From an uncultured delta proteobacterium (lineage in GTDB: Bacteria > Desulfobacterota > RBG-13-43-22): a stretch of 64,000 nucleotides of DNA. The notes beneath the pieces are model-generated. The model did no database searches and was not told where the DNA came from. It saw only the letters and a program-made list of their open reading frames with translations. Position 1 is the first letter of the stretch; each line of letters starts with the position of its first letter. The stretch lies in the NCBI GenBank assembly GCA_963790475.1, contig CAWBOS010000010.1:672001-736000 (forward strand), written 5' to 3'. This document shows, piece after piece, positions 30,181 to 39,217 of the stretch. The translations under genes and the position numbers were made by a program.

Positions 30181-31029
30181 ATGTTTGCAATTGTCGGCAT
30201 CGTCGTTGTTTTAGGAGCCGTGATAGGCGGTTATCTAATGGAACACGGCAATCTGGCGGTCATTTTTCAGCCGGCTGAACTGATAATCATCTTCGGGGCT
30301 GCTATCGGATCATTTTTAGTAGCTTCTCCTGCCAAAGTGGTGGGGCTGGTGGTAAAACATATTTCCGCCATCTTCGGGGGTAAAGGACGAAGCAAAGAAA
30401 ATTATCTGGATTTGTTGTCATTAATGAATACCCTGTTCATGAAAATCAGGAAGGATGGCCTGATATCCATTGAATCCGACATCGAAACTCCTGAAGAAAG
30501 TCCTCTATTTAGAAAATTTACGGAAGTCCTTGCCAATCCTAAAGCCGTAGATTTTATCTGCGATAATCTCAAAGTGATCATCTCCACCAATTTACCGGCC
30601 CATGAAATGGAAAATTTAATGGATGTCGATATTGACGCCCACCAACATGAATCCTTGATCCCAGCCTTTAGCGTAGCCAAGGTGGCCGATTCTCTTCCCG
30701 GGTTCGGTATCGTGGCCGCTGTTTTGGGGGTGGTTTTAACCATGGGAAAGATTGACCAACCCCCGGAGGTGTTGGGCCACAGCATCGGGGCTGCCCTGGT
30801 AGGGACTTTTTTAGGGGTATTGATGTGCTATGGTTTTGTCGGGCCCATGGGTTCCAACCTGGAGCATCAGGCTAAGGAGGATGAGGCTTTTTATTCAGTG
30901 ATTAAGGTGTCCATGGTCGCCTTTGTAGGGGGGGCGGCACCACAATTGTCCGTGGAATTCGGAAGGAGAGCCATTCCCGGCAAAGAAAGGCCCACCTTCA
31001 ATGAGCTGGAAGAATATATTCGAAAATGA
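30181..31029 (+). CDS. motA: Stator protein MotA
   Basis: QPAELIII.G, LPGFGIVAAVLGVV.TM, AALVGTFLG, EFGRR. Confidence 0.96.
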   Translation: MFAIVGIVVVLGAVIGGYLMEHGNLAVIFQPAELIIIFGAAIGSFLVASPAKVVGLVVKHISAIFGGKGRSKENYLDLLSLMNTLFMKIRKDGLISIESDIETPEESPLFRKFTEVLANPKAVDFICDNLKVIISTNLPAHEMENLMDVDIDAHQHESLIPAFSVAKVADSLPGFGIVAAVLGVVLTMGKIDQPPEVLGHSIGAALVGTFLGVLMCYGFVGPMGSNLEHQAKEDEAFYSVIKVSMVAFVGGAAPQLSVEFGRRAIPGKERPTFNELEEYIRK

Positions 31030-31883
31030 AAGAACCAAAAATAATCATAAAGAAAGTTAAAGGCAAAGGCCATGGGGGCGGTCGCCACGGTGGTGAATGG
31101 AAAGTGGCCTATGCCGATTTTATAACGGCGATGATGGCTTTTTTCCTGCTGATGTGGTTAATCGCCATCCTGGCGCCGGAAAAGAAAAAAACCATGGCCC
31201 AGTATTTTAAGGATGTCAGCATTTTTGAAAATACCGGGGCCGGATTCTTTGAAAAGAAAATCGGGATTATGGGAGAGGCCGGGACCCTTAAAACAAAGGG
31301 GAGACAAGGTGATTTTATTCAACCCGGCCGGGAGGAATTCCTGGACAAATTAAAAAAAGATATTGAAACCAAACTGGCCGAAGTCAAAGATCAGGTTTTG
31401 CTCGAGGTCTTTGAGGGTGGGGTTCGGATTCAGATGGTTGATAAAGAGGGCAACCCCATGTTTGCCCTCGGAAGTCCTACGCTTACGGATTCCGCTAAAA
31501 AGATTATTAAGGTCATCGGCTCCAATATAAAAGAATTGGGCAACGATGTGGCCATTGAAGGCCATACGGATGCCCTGAGTTACTCTTCAAATCGATATAC
31601 CAACTGGGAGCTATCAACCGAGCGGGCCTCAGCGGCCAGGAAAGAACTGGAGTCCGAAGGGCTAAATCCTAACCGGCTGACCCGAGTTGCTGGGTATGCC
31701 GCCAAAATACCGCTGATTATCGGTAATCCCAATGACTCGAGGAATCGAAGGATCTCCATTGTTTTGCTGTTTAATTCCAACTGCAAGGCCCAAATTGTCT
31801 CTCCTGCGAGCAGTATCCCTTCCCAACTGACCGGTGACCATCAAAAAAATAAGCCTATCGATCCCTCGGTGCCCTCCTCCTGA
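31026..31883 (+). CDS. motB: Stator protein MotB
   Basis: WKVAYADFITAMMAFF; OmpA-like domain EGHTD, NWELSTERA, RNRRI. Confidence 0.96.
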   Translation: MKEPKIIIKKVKGKGHGGGRHGGEWKVAYADFITAMMAFFLLMWLIAILAPEKKKTMAQYFKDVSIFENTGAGFFEKKIGIMGEAGTLKTKGRQGDFIQPGREEFLDKLKKDIETKLAEVKDQVLLEVFEGGVRIQMVDKEGNPMFALGSPTLTDSAKKIIKVIGSNIKELGNDVAIEGHTDALSYSSNRYTNWELSTERASAARKELESEGLNPNRLTRVAGYAAKIPLIIGNPNDSRNRRISIVLLFNSNCKAQIVSPASSIPSQLTGDHQKNKPIDPSVPSS

Positions 31884-32293
31884 AACGATATCCGGGATTT
31901 CCATTTTATATTAGATAGTTTTAAAAAATTCCCAGGCTTATTCTCTTATCACTACTCGGTTTATCGCTGATCAATCTTCGATTATATAATAGCGGGTATT
32001 TTCATACCTTCAAAATTGATGTTCTTCTAAAACAGTCGTCAAATACTATCTTCATCCCGATGAAAGCCAGACTTTATCCCCGCCTTTAAAGGGATGGACC
32101 TCAGTTTTCAGCAAAATCAAAATTAAACCCCGATTCTGAATTATGGTTGTTCATTAAAATTAATATGACTGTTATAGTAGTAAAATTAGTAAGTTATATT
32201 TAACTGTCCGACTTTCCCGTTTGTCCCGTTTAGCCCTTTTTCCCCTAATAAAAAAATAAACCCGTTTACCGCAAATAAAATATTAAAAAAAAT

Positions 32294-32320
32294 TAAAGTT
32301 TTTAGCATTCTTTCCGATAA
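32294..32320 (+). promoter_or_regulatory. sigma28 promoter for flagellin 1
   Basis: TAAA-N15-TCCGATAA. Confidence 0.85.
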
Positions 32321-32400
32321 ATAAACTAAAAGAGCAAAGTTAAAAAAAAGAAGGTTTCAGGTTTTAACTCATGATAATTTTAAAAGTCAAAAATTCAACC

Positions 32401-32423
32401 TTTCAACCTGGCCAGAAGGCCAA
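32401..32423 (+). promoter_or_regulatory. Conserved flagellin 5'-UTR hairpin, copy 1
   Basis: TTTCAACCTGGCCAGAAGGCCAA; near-identical to 33689-33711. Confidence 0.6.
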
Positions 32424-32451
32424 AAAAACCTCTTAGAAAAGGAGAAAGAAA

Positions 32452-33270
32452 ATGGGATATGATATTTCATTAACCCCAGAGCATGCGAACAATTTAATTA
32501 GTCTGCAGTTAACCAATACCCTTTTAAGCGCAACCCAGAACCGTTTGTCCACCGGCAAAAGGGTGAATTCGGCCATGGATGATCCGGTCAACTATTTTGC
32601 CGCTCAGGTCGAAACGAACCGAGCGGCCGACCTCGCTGCACGAAAAGACGGGATGGGCGAAGGCATCAATATCGTCAACGCGGCCAGTCAGGGGATTACC
32701 TCCATTATCACCCTGATCGCTCAGGCCAAAGGTATCGCTACTTCGGCCCTGGCCACTTCGGATGTCACCTCCAAGGAAGCTTATGCCACTCAGTTCGATA
32801 CGGTCATGAGTCAAATATTGGTTTTGGCCAAAGATTCCGGGTATAAGGGGACGAACCTTTTGGATAATGGTTCGGTGGATATCAAATTCAATGAAGACGG
32901 CTCATCCAAACTTACGGTGACCGGCTTTGGAGCCACCACCTTGTCCGAGATCAGTTTAGCCTTTACAACCACCTGGGGGTCCAATGACGCCTTTATTAAT
33001 ACTTCTTTGACTTTGATCGGGACGGCTTCTACGATATTAAGAACCAAGGCCAATACCCTGGCGGCCAATCTTAATGTTATCACCACCCGTCAGGATTTTA
33101 CCACAAATCTAATCAATATCCTGAAAACCGGTGCCGACAATTTGACCCTGGCCGACATGAATGAAGAATCGGCCAATATGCTGATGCTTCAAACCCGGCA
33201 GTCTTTGGGGACGACCTCACTTTCCATCGCTTCTCAGGCGGCCCAATCCATTCTAAGATTGTTTCAATAG
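32452..33270 (+). CDS. fliC: Flagellin 1 (short, Alphaproteobacteria-like)
   Basis: QNRLSTGKRVNSAMDDP, RQDFTTNLIN.LKTGADNLTLADMNEESANML.LQTRQ.L..SLS.ASQ. Confidence 0.93.
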   Translation: MGYDISLTPEHANNLISLQLTNTLLSATQNRLSTGKRVNSAMDDPVNYFAAQVETNRAADLAARKDGMGEGINIVNAASQGITSIITLIAQAKGIATSALATSDVTSKEAYATQFDTVMSQILVLAKDSGYKGTNLLDNGSVDIKFNEDGSSKLTVTGFGATTLSEISLAFTTTWGSNDAFINTSLTLIGTASTILRTKANTLAANLNVITTRQDFTTNLINILKTGADNLTLADMNEESANMLMLQTRQSLGTTSLSIASQAAQSILRLFQ

Positions 33271-33300
33271 GAATAGGAGCGATTATGAAGCTGACTGGAA

Positions 33301-33336
33301 GTTGACAAGAGGGTGAAAAAGGGCCCTCTTGTCAGC
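33301..33336 (+). terminator. Hairpin after flagellin 1
   Basis: GTTGACAAGAGGG / CCCTCTTGTCAGC inverted repeat. Confidence 0.65.
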
Positions 33337-33578
33337 GAATATTTAATGTTTTTTTAAAAAAAGGGAGGGGATATGAAAAATTAATCCTAAAACAGAGGTT
33401 CAAGGGTCGAGGATTCAAGGGGTCAAGCGGTTGTTTTATAAATCTGAAGCGGTTTCAATGTAATCCTTAACCAGTTGAATCATTTTAAAAAATTTTTCGT
33501 TCCATCTGCAATCCAGCCTGAGATCATCGTAAGAAAAGACGCCCACTGAAACAAAAGGCCTTTTTCTTATCGAAAAAT

Positions 33579-33605
33579 TCAAGTTTTTTCTTTTTAAGCC
33601 GATAA
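33579..33605 (+). promoter_or_regulatory. sigma28 promoter for flagellin 2
   Basis: TCAA-N15-GCCGATAA. Confidence 0.85.
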
Positions 33606-33688
33606 AATAATCAAGAATAAAAAATAGAACAGAAAGGAGGTCCACGGGATTTTTAGGGCGTTATTTTATTTCAGGACAACCAATTTTC

Positions 33689-33711
33689 TTTCAACTTGGC
33701 AAGAAGGCCAA
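33689..33711 (+). promoter_or_regulatory. Conserved flagellin 5'-UTR hairpin, copy 2
   Basis: TTTCAACTTGGCAAGAAGGCCAA. Confidence 0.6.
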
Positions 33712-33740
33712 GAAAAACAACCTAGAAAAGGAGAAAGACA

Positions 33741-34559
33741 ATGTCGTATAGTATTTCATTAACTGCGGGCATGCGTGCCAATTTAGTCAGTTTGCAGTTA
33801 ACCTCACAACTTTTATCTCAGACCCAGAACCGTTTATCCACTGGCAAAAGGGTGAATTCGGCCATGGATGATCCGATCAACTTCTTTTCCGCTCAGATAG
33901 AAACGAACCGGGCAGCCGACCTGACTGCACGGAAAGACGGGATGAGCGAAGGTATCAATATCGTTAACGCGGCCAGCCAGGGGATTACCTCCATTACCAC
34001 CCTGATCGAACAGGCCAAAGGTATCGCCACTTCGGCCTTGGCCTCTTCGGATACCGCCACCAGGGCTACTTATGCCACCCAGTTTGACACGGTCATGAGT
34101 CAAATACTAACTTTGGCCAAAGATTCCGGGTATAAGGGGACGGACCTTTTGGATAATGGTTCGGTAGATATCAAATTCAATGAAGACGGCTCATCCAAAC
34201 TTACAGTGACCGGCTTTGGTGCTACAACCTTAGCAAATATGAGTTTGGCTTTTACCACTTCTTGGAATTCAGGAGATATCTATATCAACAGCTCTCTGAC
34301 GAATATTTCGAATGCCACTGATATATTAAGAACCCAGGCCGCCAACCTGGCGTCCAACCTTAATGTTATTACCACCCGTCAGGATTTCACCACAAATTTA
34401 GTTAATACCTTGAAAACCGGTGCCGACAATTTGACACTGGCGGACATGAACGAGGAATCGGCCAACATGCTGATGCTTCAAACCCGGCAGTCTTTGGGTA
34501 CGACCTCACTTTCCTTGGCTTCTCAGGCCGCCCAATCTGTTTTGAGGCTGTTCGGTTAA
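33741..34559 (+). CDS. fliC: Flagellin 2 (short, Alphaproteobacteria-like)
   Basis: ISLTAGMRANLVSLQ..QNRLSTGKRVNSA; paralogue of 32452-33270, same length (272 aa). Confidence 0.95.
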   Translation: MSYSISLTAGMRANLVSLQLTSQLLSQTQNRLSTGKRVNSAMDDPINFFSAQIETNRAADLTARKDGMSEGINIVNAASQGITSITTLIEQAKGIATSALASSDTATRATYATQFDTVMSQILTLAKDSGYKGTDLLDNGSVDIKFNEDGSSKLTVTGFGATTLANMSLAFTTSWNSGDIYINSSLTNISNATDILRTQAANLASNLNVITTRQDFTTNLVNTLKTGADNLTLADMNEESANMLMLQTRQSLGTTSLSLASQAAQSVLRLFG

Positions 34560-34591
34560 CGTTGGGAATAAAATCGAATAGGGTTAGTTTA

Positions 34592-34627
34592 AAGACGGCA
34601 AGGGGTGGCAACACACTTTGCCGTCTT
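34592..34627 (+). terminator. Hairpin after flagellin 2 (weak U-tract, read-through possible)
   Basis: AAGACGGCAAG / TTTGCCGTCTT inverted repeat. Confidence 0.6.
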
Positions 34628-34646
34628 CCCTTATTGGAGGTAACCC

Positions 34647-35156
34647 ATGATTATTCAACCAATAGAGTCAATAGTATTGCTGGATGACTACCCATTCTAT
34701 AAGCCGGTGCAAAATATCCCGGCATCCCAACCTGTATCTCCAGGACCACCGGTGAGTAAGAAGGCCAGCGTTGGCAAAGAAAAATTACCTTATAATTTTA
34801 GTGAAGCCGCCCAGAGACTCCGAGAAAAGGATCAGCAGATGAGTCAAATTGAGAAAACCCTTTCATCTGTTAAAGAGGAATTGAACACTGTGCGCCGCAC
34901 CCTACCACCCTTTCCACCCGGCAGTCAGGAGAGGGTGCGCATGTTAAAGGGCTATATCGGGCTCCGAAAATTGATCGAAGAGTTGACAATTCCCCCCGAG
35001 GTGGAGTTAAAGATGTTTAAGGATGAGATCCAAATACCTGAACTGGGCGACCAGGCAACGAATAAAGAAGTGGATGCAGCACTCCTAGCTTTGGATAAGA
35101 TACAGCAGACTATTAAAGAGAAAAAGGCTTCGCTTGAGGTTGGGATAAAAATTTAA
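34647..35156 (+). CDS. Hypothetical helical protein downstream of flagellin
   Basis: GGAGG RBS; PPFPPGSQERVRML..Y.GLRK.I..LTIPP motif between coiled-coil segments. Confidence 0.75.
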   Translation: MIIQPIESIVLLDDYPFYKPVQNIPASQPVSPGPPVSKKASVGKEKLPYNFSEAAQRLREKDQQMSQIEKTLSSVKEELNTVRRTLPPFPPGSQERVRMLKGYIGLRKLIEELTIPPEVELKMFKDEIQIPELGDQATNKEVDAALLALDKIQQTIKEKKASLEVGIKI

Positions 35157-35163
35157 TCAATTT

Positions 35164-35180
35164 TGGCCTGAAATTTGCAT
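35164..35180 (+). promoter_or_regulatory. sigma54 promoter for the glycosylation island
   Basis: TGGCCTGAAATTTGCAT (GG-N10-GC). Confidence 0.65.
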
Positions 35181-35197
35181 GAAAAAATCCAAAGATT

Positions 35198-37015
35198 TTG
35201 AATTTTGAATGGCTCGCCACCAGGCCCAAATTGATTGACTGTAAAAATAGTTACTCACCAAGTTTTCCCCAAAAGACGACAGCAGAAATTTATCCAGGAG
35301 ACGCAGTTCCTTCCTACGAATTCGGCGATGTCTCAGTCAATCCACCAGAACCAGATACCCTTTCGGCCGAAACCTACTATCGGCTGGGTCGCTATTTTGA
35401 TGATCGAGGAGAGACAGAAGAGGCCCTTCGTTTCTTTTACAAAGCGATAGAATTGGATTCCAGCCTGTCTGCGGCCTATAATGATTTGGGAACGATTTTT
35501 CAAAAACGTGGTGAATTTGAAGAGGCTGTAACCCAATATCAAAAGGCCTTGTCCTTTAATTCCAACTTCACTGAAGCCAATTATAATCTTGGAAATGCCT
35601 TTAAGGAGTTAGGTCGATGGTCGGAGGCAGTCATCTATTGCCAAAAGACCATAGATCTAGACCCCGATATTCCGGACGCCCATTATATCCAGGGAATCGC
35701 TTTTTACGAGCAAGAGCGGCTTGAGGAAGCGATCCTTTGCTGGCAGAAGGCCCTCCAAATCAAGCCGCAGTTTACCCAAATCTATTTTAATTTAGGTATT
35801 GCCTATTACAATAAAGGCTGTTTAGAAAAAGCCCTTGAATATTGTCGAAAGGCCGTCGAACTTTACCCGGATATGGCAGATGCCCAGTATAATTTGGGCC
35901 TTGTTTGGTATGGAAAAGATTTTCTTGAAGAAGCTGTCCGCTGCTGGCAAAAGACGGTTCAACTTAACCCCGGCCATCGGGACGCCTACAATAATATGGC
36001 TGCGGCCTTTCAGGACAAACTTGAACTGGACAAGGCTCAAAGATGCTTTCAAAAAGCGATCCTAAACAACCCTGATTATTCTGAAGCCCATTGGAATAAA
36101 GCCTTGTGTCATTTGTTGGCCGGATTTTTCCCGGAAGGTTGGAATGAATACCAATGGCGTTTTCGAATCAAAGACATTTTTTTTAACCGGCATTTTCCCC
36201 AACCGCTATGGGACGGAGGAAACCTGAACGGAAAGAGGATATTGCTGTATGCCGAACAAGGGTTTGGGGACACCATTCAATTTATACGCTATGTGCCCTT
36301 GGTCGTTAAGCAGGGTGGTCGGGTTTTCGTAGAGTGTCAGGCGGACCTTTTCCCCTTGCTTGAGGCTATGCCAGGAATTGAAAGGCTCATCAAACAAGGT
36401 GACCCCTTGCCCGATTTTGATATCCAATGCCCATTATTAAGTCTGCCCTTGGCTTTTAATACTACGTTGGAGGACATCCCAGTCGAATTCCCTTATCTAT
36501 CTATCAACCTCAATAAGATTCAAAAATGGCGTCAATACCTGGCCGCAGACCAGTCCAAAAAGAAAGTCGGTTTGGTCTGGGCCGGGAGACCGACCCACAA
36601 GAAAGATCGGAAGAGATCATTGGCCTTGGAAGCCTTTAAACCCTTGACCGATATCCCCCGGATTACCTTTTACAGTTTACAAAAAGGTGAAGCCGGGCAA
36701 CAGATAAAAAATAGCTCAAAAGGGATAAAACTCATTGATGTGACTGGAGAGTTGGTTGATTTTACCGAAACAGGGGCCTTGATTGAGAATTTGGATTTGG
36801 TTATCAGTGTTGATACTGCAGTAGCCCACCTGACCGGCGCCTTGGGAAGACCGATTTGGACCCTTTTACCTTATTTGCCTGATTGGCGTTGGTTGTTGAA
36901 CCGGGAGGACAGCCCCTGGTATCCTTCCATGAGGCTTTTCCGGCAACCTTCTCCCGGAGACTGGACTTCTGTCATATTATCCGTTCGTGATTGCCTTTTA
37001 AAAATAATAAAATAA
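35198..37015 (+). CDS. TPR + GT9-like (GT-B) glycosyltransferase, paralogue 1
   Basis: TPR array then EQGFGDTIQF.RY, GLVWAG, DLVISVDTAVAHL.GALG, DWRW..SPWYP; start uncertain. Confidence 0.85.
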   Translation: MNFEWLATRPKLIDCKNSYSPSFPQKTTAEIYPGDAVPSYEFGDVSVNPPEPDTLSAETYYRLGRYFDDRGETEEALRFFYKAIELDSSLSAAYNDLGTIFQKRGEFEEAVTQYQKALSFNSNFTEANYNLGNAFKELGRWSEAVIYCQKTIDLDPDIPDAHYIQGIAFYEQERLEEAILCWQKALQIKPQFTQIYFNLGIAYYNKGCLEKALEYCRKAVELYPDMADAQYNLGLVWYGKDFLEEAVRCWQKTVQLNPGHRDAYNNMAAAFQDKLELDKAQRCFQKAILNNPDYSEAHWNKALCHLLAGFFPEGWNEYQWRFRIKDIFFNRHFPQPLWDGGNLNGKRILLYAEQGFGDTIQFIRYVPLVVKQGGRVFVECQADLFPLLEAMPGIERLIKQGDPLPDFDIQCPLLSLPLAFNTTLEDIPVEFPYLSINLNKIQKWRQYLAADQSKKKVGLVWAGRPTHKKDRKRSLALEAFKPLTDIPRITFYSLQKGEAGQQIKNSSKGIKLIDVTGELVDFTETGALIENLDLVISVDTAVAHLTGALGRPIWTLLPYLPDWRWLLNREDSPWYPSMRLFRQPSPGDWTSVILSVRDCLLKIIK

Positions 37016-37042
37016 AGCGGATGGCCTAAAATTAGCCTTCGA

Positions 37043-39214
37043 TTGCATAAAAATTGCATGAAAAGTAAACAAAATCAAAAAAATGACACCAATACTATGA
37101 CCAAGACCCGACCACTGCCCTTACCGGACCATTTTTTAATTCAAAAAGATATTCCTGACTCGACTGAATCTGATCTTTCGATATTAGAAGCCAGCCGGCA
37201 AAAATCTGGAGCGATTATTGAAGGATTAAAGCGCTTGGCGGAAGAAGGTTCGGCCGTTGACTATTATCAAATGGGCCGTTCTTTTCACGACCGGGATGCA
37301 TTACAGGAGGCGGTTCATTTTTATCATCAGGCCATAATGCTGGATCCTTCCCTGGCGGCCGCCTACAACGATTTAGGGACGGTTTGTCACAGTCAAGGCA
37401 ACACACAGGAAGCTATCCAGTGGTATGATAAGGCCGTGTCCACCGATCCTTCATTTTCCGAAGCCTATTACAATCTTGGAAACGCCTACAAAGATCAAAA
37501 GAAATGGAAGGAAACCGAAATATACAGTCTGAGGGCTGCAGAGTTGGATCCAGCTTTGGCCGAGGCTTACTCTAATTTAGGAATCGCTATCTATCAACAG
37601 GACCGACCGGAGGAAGCGATAACCTGTTGGCAAAAGGTCATCGATCTCAAACCGGATTTTATTTTGGCGCATATAAATTTAGCCACGGCTTTCGGCCGGC
37701 TAAAGCGCTTGGAGGAAGCGATTCAATCCTTTCGAAAGGCCCTGGCCCTAAATCCAGATCAAGCCCTTCCCTGGGTGAATCTTGGTAATATCCACAGAGA
37801 AAAGGGGGAGATCGAGGAGGCGGTTGTCTGTTATCGAAAGGCTTTGACCATTGACCCGTCCTTTGTCGATGCCTATGTGAATCTAGGCTCTCTGGCCATG
37901 GAACAAGGGCATAAAGATGGGGCCATTGTCTGTTACCGACAAGCCCTTCAGCTCAATCCCAAGTCTGCCGAAATCCATTTTAACCTGGCCAACACCTATA
38001 ACGAAAAAGGAGAAATAGCGAAGGCGATTGGTTTATTTCAAGAGGCCATCGAACTTCGCCCTGATTATCATCAGGCCTATAATAATTTGGCTCTTATCCT
38101 ACAAGGACAAGGACGGTTTGAAGAATCCATCCATTTATTTAATCAAGCCTTAGCCCTAAACCCGGATCTTCCAGAGGTTCTTAATAATTTGGGTAATGCA
38201 CTTAAAGACCAGAGAAAAATCGATGAGGCCATTGAACTATTTCGAAAGGCTATCTTGCTCAATCCCGACTACCCGGCAGGTCATTGGAATTTATCCCTTA
38301 CCCTCTTGATGATCGGGTGTTTTAGTGAAGGGTGGCCGGAATATGAGTGGCGCTGGAAATTGAAAGGTGTGATCAATCGGACAGACATTGACCGTCCGTT
38401 ATGGGATGGAAGCGACCTTCAAGGAAAACGTATACTGCTGTATGCCGAACAGGGGTTTGGAGATACCATTCAATTTATCCGTTATGTGTCCTTGGTGATT
38501 AAACGGGGAGGACGGGTTGTGCTGGAATGTCAGCCGGAATTGGCCTCCTTAATGGCCGGCAGGGAAGGGATTGAGGAAATTATTCGATACGGGGAGCCGT
38601 TGCCTGATTTTGATATCCAGTGTCCCCTCTTGAGCCTTCCTTTAATATTTCATACCGATTTCTCGACTATCCCGAACTCCACTCCCTATCTTTCGGTGGC
38701 TCCGACAGTAATCCGGAAATGGAAGGATTGTCTCAATTCTAATAAGTCTAAATACCGGGTGGGTCTGGTTTGGGCTGGAAAACCGGGACACAGCAATGAT
38801 TGCAATCGCTCTTTATCCCTCGAAAAACTAAACCCGTTGGCCCGGATCCCCGGAGTCACTTATTACAGCCTGCAAAAAGGGGAAGCCGCAGCTCAGACTA
38901 AGGACCCGCCTCCGGGGATGAACCTAATGGATGTTTCAGGAGAACTGACCGATTTTGCCGAGACGGGGGGCTTAATACAAAATCTGGATTTGATCATTTC
39001 GGCCGACACCTCCGTGGCCCATTTGGCCGGCGCTTTAGGAAAACCGGTTTGGACCTTGCTGCCTTTTTCACCCGACTGGCGTTGGCTTCTTGACCGGGAT
39101 GACACCCCCTGGTATCCGACCATGAGACTTTTCCGGCAACAGATCCAAAGGGATTGGGCCGGTGTAATTCAAAAAGTGGTGGACGAACTGGATGCCGAGT
39201 CTTTTATGAAATAG
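37043..39214 (+). CDS. TPR + GT9-like glycosyltransferase, paralogue 2
   Basis: Longer TPR array plus the same C-terminal motif set; start uncertain. Confidence 0.85.
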   Translation: MHKNCMKSKQNQKNDTNTMTKTRPLPLPDHFLIQKDIPDSTESDLSILEASRQKSGAIIEGLKRLAEEGSAVDYYQMGRSFHDRDALQEAVHFYHQAIMLDPSLAAAYNDLGTVCHSQGNTQEAIQWYDKAVSTDPSFSEAYYNLGNAYKDQKKWKETEIYSLRAAELDPALAEAYSNLGIAIYQQDRPEEAITCWQKVIDLKPDFILAHINLATAFGRLKRLEEAIQSFRKALALNPDQALPWVNLGNIHREKGEIEEAVVCYRKALTIDPSFVDAYVNLGSLAMEQGHKDGAIVCYRQALQLNPKSAEIHFNLANTYNEKGEIAKAIGLFQEAIELRPDYHQAYNNLALILQGQGRFEESIHLFNQALALNPDLPEVLNNLGNALKDQRKIDEAIELFRKAILLNPDYPAGHWNLSLTLLMIGCFSEGWPEYEWRWKLKGVINRTDIDRPLWDGSDLQGKRILLYAEQGFGDTIQFIRYVSLVIKRGGRVVLECQPELASLMAGREGIEEIIRYGEPLPDFDIQCPLLSLPLIFHTDFSTIPNSTPYLSVAPTVIRKWKDCLNSNKSKYRVGLVWAGKPGHSNDCNRSLSLEKLNPLARIPGVTYYSLQKGEAAAQTKDPPPGMNLMDVSGELTDFAETGGLIQNLDLIISADTSVAHLAGALGKPVWTLLPFSPDWRWLLDRDDTPWYPTMRLFRQQIQRDWAGVIQKVVDELDAESFMK

Positions 39215-39217
39215 AAT

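Noticed and set aside
33436-33645. 69-aa minus-strand ORF between the flagellins
   Set aside because: Antisense to the sigma28 promoter and leader of flagellin 2; no RBS or recognisable motif
37022-37058. Possible internal sigma54 promoter before TPR-GT paralogue 2
   Set aside because: Two partial matches (TGGCCTAAAATTAGC and TTGCATAAAAATTGCAT), each missing part of the consensus
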